Shown one piece after another: positions 58,927-64,000 of a stretch of 64,000 nt of DNA (the stretch's first letter is position 1; every line of letters starts with the position of its first letter). Both the position numbers and the translations under genes were made by a program. Source of the DNA: an uncultured bacterium (GTDB taxonomy: Bacteria; Acidobacteriota; Thermoanaerobaculia; Multivoradales; JAHZIX01); assembly GCA_965368975.1 (NCBI GenBank), contig CBDUPA010000020.1, forward strand, positions 1 through 64,000. Reading direction: 5' to 3'. The notes under the pieces are model-generated. The model was not told the DNA's origin. It searched no databases and saw nothing but the letters and a program-made list of their open reading frames with translations.

Positions 58927-60315
58927 ATGGCTGAAAAACCAGTAGTCTTGGTCGTCGACGACGAAACTGGCTCCCGCGAATCGATGGCGATCGCCGTTGA
59001 GAAGACTGGTTTACCGGTACGGACCTTCGATGACGCGCGTGAGGCCCTGGATTACCTGGAGGATGCCGATTCCGTGCGTGTGGTGATCTGTGATCTACGC
59101 ATGCCGGGGATGGACGGTATTGCCTTCCTCAATGAGCTACGCTCCCGTGCTTACGATGTCGGCGTCGTTCTGGTGACGGCATTCGGCTCGATCGAGTCGG
59201 CGGTGGAGGCGATGCGCGTTGGTGCCGACGACTACCTTACCAAGCCGGTCGATCTCTACGAGCTACGCCAGCGGGTGCGCAACCTGCTGGAGCGCAAGCA
59301 ACTGAAGGAGGAGGTGTCGAACCTGCGCGAGATGCTCGACAAGCACTTCGGCTTCGAGAGCATCATCGGCAAGTCGGCACCGATGGAGCACCTGTTCGAG
59401 CAGATGCGCATGGTGGCGCCGACCCGCTCCAGTGTGTTGATCATCGGTGGTAGCGGAACCGGGAAGGAACTGGTGGCCAAGGCGCTGCACCAGGCCAGTC
59501 CGCGCCGTGACGAGCGCTTCCTGGCGATCAACTGCGGTGCCATTCCCAACGACATTCTGGAGAGCGAGCTGTTCGGTCACGAGCGCGGGGCCTTTACCGG
59601 TGCCGTGGCGCGCAAGATCGGCAAGTTCGAGCTGGCTCACAAGGGAACGTTGTTTCTAGATGAGATCAGCGAGCTGGCGCCGGAGTTGCAGGTCAAGCTA
59701 CTGCGTGTGCTCGAGGAACGTCAGGTCATGCGCGTCGGTGGCCAGGAGCTGATCGACGTCGACTTCCGTCTCGTGGCGGCGACGAACCGGGATCTGGAGA
59801 AGGAGGTCGAGGCGGAGCGCTTCCGCGAAGATCTGTACTACCGTCTCAAGGTGGTGACCTTGAACATCCCGTCGCTGCGGGAACGGCCGAGCGACATTCC
59901 ATTGCTGGCGGAACACTTCCTCAAGGAGTTCTTCGAGGAGCACGGCAAGGAGCCGAAGGCGTTGTCACCGGAAGCCGCGGAGGTGCTGTGTGGTTACGCC
60001 TGGCCGGGCAATGTGCGGCAATTGCGCAACGTACTCGAGTCGGTGGTTGTCTTCCACCAGGGCGAGCGCGTCGGGGTCTCGGATCTGCCGGCAGAGATTC
60101 GCGACGCGGCACCGGTGGAGGGTGGTTCGGTGACGGTGCAGCCGAAGTTCGGCGAAACGCGCACCATGGATGAGATCGAGCGCCAGGCGATCACCGAAAC
60201 GCTGGCGCGGACGCGGGGGCACCGAGCAGAGGCGGCGAATCTGCTCGGCATCGGTTTGCGCACGTTGCAGCGCAAAATCAAGGAATACAAGGAGCAGGGC
60301 TTCCTGCAGGAGTGA
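58927..60315 (+). CDS. Sigma-54-dependent response regulator (NtrC/AtoC-type, receiver-AAA-Fis HTH)
   Basis: LVVDDE, CDLRMPGMDG, GGSGTGKE, ESELFGHERGAFTGA, FREDLYYRL, WPGNVR, HTH; no adjacent kinase. Confidence 0.95.
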   Translation: MAEKPVVLVVDDETGSRESMAIAVEKTGLPVRTFDDAREALDYLEDADSVRVVICDLRMPGMDGIAFLNELRSRAYDVGVVLVTAFGSIESAVEAMRVGADDYLTKPVDLYELRQRVRNLLERKQLKEEVSNLREMLDKHFGFESIIGKSAPMEHLFEQMRMVAPTRSSVLIIGGSGTGKELVAKALHQASPRRDERFLAINCGAIPNDILESELFGHERGAFTGAVARKIGKFELAHKGTLFLDEISELAPELQVKLLRVLEERQVMRVGGQELIDVDFRLVAATNRDLEKEVEAERFREDLYYRLKVVTLNIPSLRERPSDIPLLAEHFLKEFFEEHGKEPKALSPEAAEVLCGYAWPGNVRQLRNVLESVVVFHQGERVGVSDLPAEIRDAAPVEGGSVTVQPKFGETRTMDEIERQAITETLARTRGHRAEAANLLGIGLRTLQRKIKEYKEQGFLQE

Positions 60316-60321
60316 TCTGGG

Positions 60322-60543
60322 ATGGATCTACCGACGGATGTTTTCGTGCATTGCCCCTTGATGGGCCTGAAGAACGGGCGCGCACAGCTAGTGCGGATCC
60401 ACGACGACGGCTACTACGAGGTGATCATGAAGTTCGGCGAGCGCGACCACCGGACGCTGCTGCCGATCACGAACACGGCACTGATCCAGCAACAGCCTGA
60501 GATTCCGATCGAAAACCTGCCCCAGGTTGAAATCGAGCGCTAG
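60322..60543 (+). CDS. Small hypothetical protein (73 aa, beta-rich)
   Basis: Starts 6 nt after the regulator stop, has GC3-biased codons, and fills the gap before the convergent nrdB. Confidence 0.7.
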   Translation: MDLPTDVFVHCPLMGLKNGRAQLVRIHDDGYYEVIMKFGERDHRTLLPITNTALIQQQPEIPIENLPQVEIER

Positions 60544-60549
60544 CGCGCG

Positions 60550-61545
60550 TCAGTCCCAACTAAGGGAGGCGCCGGTGCGGTACTCCGTCACCCGTGTTTC
60601 GAAGAAATTCTTTTCCTTGGACAGGTCCGTCGACTGTGACATCCACGGGAACGGGTTCTGGCGGTTGTAGACGCGCGGTAGCTCGAGCCGTTCGAGGCGC
60701 CGGTCGGCGATGAACTCGACGTACTGGCTGAACTGCTCGGCGTTGATGCCCAGCAGGCCGCTCGGGCAGGCATCGTGTGCGTACTTCTGCTCCAGTGCCA
60801 CGCCCTTGGTGATCAGGGTGATGATCTCTTCCTGGAACTCCGTGGTCCAGATCTCCGGGTTCTCGGCACGGATGGTGTTGATCAGGTCGCAACCGAAGGC
60901 CAGGTGGAGGCTCTCGTCGCGCATGATGTACTCGAATTGCTCGCCGATGCCAACCATCTTGTTCTGCCGCTTCAGCGCCAGCATCATGGCGAAGCCAGCG
61001 TAGAAGAAGATGCCTTCCATGATCACGTAGTAGCCGACCAGGTCGCGCACGAAGCGACGGATGTTCTCGGTACCCTCGGTGTTGAAGTTGGGGTCGAAGA
61101 CCGACTGCGTCATCTCCACCACGAACGCGTCCTTCTCGTGGATCGAGGGGATGGTGTTGTACATGTTGAAGATGTAGTCCGGGTCGAGCCCGAGAGTGTC
61201 GCAGCAGTAGATGAAGGTGTCCGTGTGCACCGCTTCCTCGAACGCCTGCCGCAGCAGGTACTGGCGCGCCTCCGGATTGGTGACGTGGTTGTAGACCGCG
61301 AGAACGATGTTGTTGGCGGTCAGCGACTCGGCGGTGGAGAAGAAGCCCAGGTTCCACAGGATCAGGCGGCGCTCTTCTTCCGAGATCACCTTGTCTGATT
61401 TCCACTGCTCCACGTCTTTCTGCATGGAGATCTCTTCCGGCGTCCAGTTGTTTGCGATGCCGGCCTTGTAGTGCTCGCGTGCCCAGTTGTAGGTCATGGG
61501 CAGGATCTTGTTGGGGTCGGTCTTGGAATTGTTGATGATTCCCAC
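60550..61545 (-). CDS. nrdB: Ribonucleotide reductase beta subunit, class Ic (Mn/Fe R2c) signature
   Basis: FFSTAESL (Glu ligand), EEAVHTDTF (Phe at the radical Tyr site), MEGIFFY, RDESLH, EKNFFETRV.EY; start GTG 61545 after GAAGGAG. Confidence 0.93.
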   Translation of the reverse strand: MGIINNSKTDPNKILPMTYNWAREHYKAGIANNWTPEEISMQKDVEQWKSDKVISEEERRLILWNLGFFSTAESLTANNIVLAVYNHVTNPEARQYLLRQAFEEAVHTDTFIYCCDTLGLDPDYIFNMYNTIPSIHEKDAFVVEMTQSVFDPNFNTEGTENIRRFVRDLVGYYVIMEGIFFYAGFAMMLALKRQNKMVGIGEQFEYIMRDESLHLAFGCDLINTIRAENPEIWTTEFQEEIITLITKGVALEQKYAHDACPSGLLGINAEQFSQYVEFIADRRLERLELPRVYNRQNPFPWMSQSTDLSKEKNFFETRVTEYRTGASLSWD

Positions 61546-61593
61546 GGTCACTCCTTCACGGATTGGCAGGCTTCCAGGGGCTAGCGAACTGCC

Positions 61594-64000
61594 TTACTGG
61601 CAAGCTTCGCAGTCCGGGTCGTCGATGCGGCATAGGGACGGTTCCGGAGCCTCGGCCGGTGCGCTTCGTAACATACTGGCCACCTGCGCCGTGGCGCTGG
61701 CGGTGACAGGTTCGTTGGCGGGTTCGGGGTGGACCGGTTCGGGGTGGACGGGCTCAGCCTGAGCAGGACGAGAGCCCACCTCGGGAAGTCGAGTCTGCGG
61801 CGTTGGTGCTTCCGCGCCAGCCGCCACCGGCTGTTGCTGGTACTCGCGTTTCTGGGTGAAGCCGTACTTGGAGTCCAGCGTCGACTTCTCGATCTGGCTC
61901 GCGGCCAGCGTTCGCAGATAGTAGGTCGTCTTGAGGCCGAGGCGCCAAGCCCACTGGTAGACGTCACTCAGTTGCTTGCCGGAGGTACCCTTGAGGAACA
62001 CGTTGTGCGATTGGCTCTGGTCGATCCATTTGCCGCGGGCGGCGGTGATTCGCAGCGCCCACACCGGATCTACGTCGAAAGCTTCGACGTAGATGTCCTT
62101 GAGGTCCTGCGGGATCTCGTCGATCGCCGAGATGTTGCCATCGAAGTACTTCAGCTTGTCGAGCATCTCCTGGCCCCACAGGCCCTGGCGCTTGAGTTCC
62201 TCGACCAAGTAGTGGTTGACGACGGTGAACTCGCCGCTGATGTTGGCCTTGACGTAGATGTTCTTGTAGATCGGCTCGATGCACGGGAAGCAGCCCGAAA
62301 TATTCGAGATGGTCGCGGTTGGCGCCACCGCCATGGTGTTCGAGTTGCGCATGCCGTACTGCTGCACGTGCTCATATACCGGCGACCAGTCCAGGCTGCG
62401 TTCCCGCGACACCTCGACCGGCACACCGCGCTCCTGCTCGAGCAGGTCGACGGTATCGGCCGGAAAGATGCCCCGCTCCCACTTGGAGCCAGGGTAGGAG
62501 CCGTACGCACCGCGCTCCTTGGCCAGCTCGGAGGAGGCAAGAATGGCGTGGTAGGAAATCCACTCCATGGTCTGGTCGGCGAAGCGCAGAGCACCCTCGG
62601 AGGCGAACGGCAGGCCGAGCTCGAACAATGCGTCCTGGAACCCCATCAGGCCCAGGCCGATCGGACGGTGGCGCAAGTTGGAGTTGCGCGCTTCGTCGGT
62701 AGGGTAGAAGTTGATGTCGATGACGTTGTCGAGCATGCGGATCGCCGTCTGCACGGACTCGGCCAGGGTCTCGCGGTCGAGCTGCCCGTCGACGAAGTGG
62801 CGCGCCACGTTGATCGAACCCAGATTGCACACGGCGGTCTCTTTGGCCGAGGTGTTGAGCGTGATCTCAGTGCACAGGTTGGAGCTGTGGATGACGCCAA
62901 CGTGATCCTGCGGCGAGCGCACGTTGCACGCGTCCTTGAAAGTGATCCATGGGTGGCCCGTCTCGAACAGCATGGTCAGCATCTTGCGCCACAGGAGCTG
63001 TGCCTTGATGGTTCTGAACAGCTCGATCTCCCCGCGCTTGGCCTGCTGCTCGTAGTGCTCGTAGCGTTCCTCGAAGGCGCGGCCATACAGATGGTGCAGG
63101 TCGGGCACATCGTCGGGTGAGAACAGTGTCCAGTCGGCGTTGTCCTGCACCCGCTTCATGAACAGGTCTGGGATCCAGTTGGCGGTGTTCATGTCGTGGG
63201 TACGACGCCGCTCGTCACCGGTGTTCTTGCGCAGGTCGAGGAAGTCCTCGATGTCCATGTGCCAGGTCTCGAGGTAGGCGCAGGTGGCGCCCCGTCGCTT
63301 GCCGCTGCGGTTGATCGCCATGGTGACGTCGTTGGCGATCTTGAGGAACGGGATGACACCCTGGCTCTCGACATTGGTCGACTTGATTGGTGAGCCGGTG
63401 GCGCGGATGTTCGACCAATCGTTGCCGATGCCGCCGGACCACTTGGACAGCTGGGAGTTGTCGCCCAGGCACTTGAAGATGTGCTTGAGGTCGTCCTCGA
63501 CGGTCGTCAAGTAGCAGGACGACAACTGCGGATGGCAAGTACCGGCGTGGAAGAGCGTGGGTGTCGAGGCGACGTAGCGCAGCTGGGACAGTAGCTCGTA
63601 GAACTCGATCGCCCGCTGCTCGCGCTCCGGCTCTTCGATCGCCAGGCCCATGGCGACGCGCATCCAGAAGTGCTGTGGTAGCTCCAGGCAGTGGCCCTGG
63701 TAGCGGGTGAAATAGCGTTCGTAGAGCGTCTGGATGCCGAGATAGCGGAACAGGTCGTCACGGCCGGGATGCAGGGCTTCGGTCATGCGGTCGAGGTCGA
63801 AGTCGAGCAGGCGCGGGTCGTACAGGCCAGCCTCGACGCCGGTCGCCAGGCATCGCTGGAAGCTCTTGCCATAGGACTCCTCGAGTTGACCGTGGCTGAG
63901 ACTGACGCCCAGCACTTCCTTGTACAGCTTGGTCAGCAGCAAGCGCGACGCCAGGCGTGCGTACGCGGGATCGCGCTCGATGAACGACGCCGACGCCATC
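61594..64000 (-). CDS. nrdA: Ribonucleotide reductase alpha subunit, class I (5' end outside the window)
   Basis: [41 protein letters not shown]-terminal CEACQ. Confidence 0.95.
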   Translation of the reverse strand, partial: MASASFIERDPAYARLASRLLLTKLYKEVLGVSLSHGQLEESYGKSFQRCLATGVEAGLYDPRLLDFDLDRMTEALHPGRDDLFRYLGIQTLYERYFTRYQGHCLELPQHFWMRVAMGLAIEEPEREQRAIEFYELLSQLRYVASTPTLFHAGTCHPQLSSCYLTTVEDDLKHIFKCLGDNSQLSKWSGGIGNDWSNIRATGSPIKSTNVESQGVIPFLKIANDVTMAINRSGKRRGATCAYLETWHMDIEDFLDLRKNTGDERRRTHDMNTANWIPDLFMKRVQDNADWTLFSPDDVPDLHHLYGRAFEERYEHYEQQAKRGEIELFRTIKAQLLWRKMLTMLFETGHPWITFKDACNVRSPQDHVGVIHSSNLCTEITLNTSAKETAVCNLGSINVARHFVDGQLDRETLAESVQTAIRMLDNVIDINFYPTDEARNSNLRHRPIGLGLMGFQDALFELGLPFASEGALRFADQTMEWISYHAILASSELAKERGAYGSYPGSKWERGIFPADTVDLLEQERGVPVEVSRERSLDWSPVYEHVQQYGMRNSNTMAVAPTATISNISGCFPCIEPIYKNIYVKANISGEFTVVNHYLVEELKRQGLWGQEMLDKLKYFDGNISAIDEIPQDLKDIYVEAFDVDPVWALRITAARGKWIDQSQSHNVFLKGTSGKQLSDVYQWAWRLGLKTTYYLRTLAASQIEKSTLDSKYGFTQKREYQQQPVAAGAEAPTPQTRLPEVGSRPAQAEPVHPEPVHPEPANEPVTASATAQVASMLRSAPAEAPEPSLCRIDDPDCEACQ
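61709..61755 (-). repeat. Short 15-bp tandem repeat (EPVHP x2) in the NrdA C-terminal linker
   Basis: GGTTCGGGGTGGACC GGTTCGGGGTGGACG with flanking degenerate copies. Confidence 0.6.

Overview
GC-rich bacterial chromosomal segment that is almost entirely housekeeping. The gene content and order (ACIII-caa3 operon, tilS-ftsH-folP-cdaA-cdaR-glmM, ECF/zf-HC2/DUF4097 triad) suggest an Acidobacteriota-like diderm, which is inference only. From left to right it holds: the 3' end of 23S rRNA plus 5S rRNA; an SDR, UvrD/PcrA, TauE and asparaginase; an ECF sigma/anti-sigma/DUF4097 triad; a dipeptidase, DEAD-box helicase and ElaA; a DUF4129-DUF4350-MoxR-DUF58-SpoIIM-RDD-Nudix operon; transketolase and tRNA-Ser; a ~15 kb alternative complex III + A2-type caa3 oxidase operon preceded by a Rex-type palindrome; the tRNA(CAU)-tilS-ftsH-folP-cdaA-cdaR-glmM operon; an ArsR regulator, Mn-type SOD, tRNA-Val, tRNA-Asp and rpmG; a CitE-family lyase divergent from an orphan single-module NRPS; a TAXI-TRAP transporter; nth, murB and recD2; a sigma-54 response regulator; and a Chlamydia-type class Ic ribonucleotide reductase. 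I saw no CRISPR array, transposase or integrase. The best leads are: (1) the orphan NRPS module (catalytically dead C-like domain, Asp code, no TE, no hydroxylase) next to a malyl-CoA-lyase-family gene; (2) a tilS gene with no canonical start codon directly behind a CAU tRNA; (3) a tyrosyl-radical-free Mn/Fe R2; (4) a Rex-type operator on the ACIII operon; (5) a recurring leaderless-mRNA promoter signature. All assignments come from motif recognition by eye, and no database searches were run.
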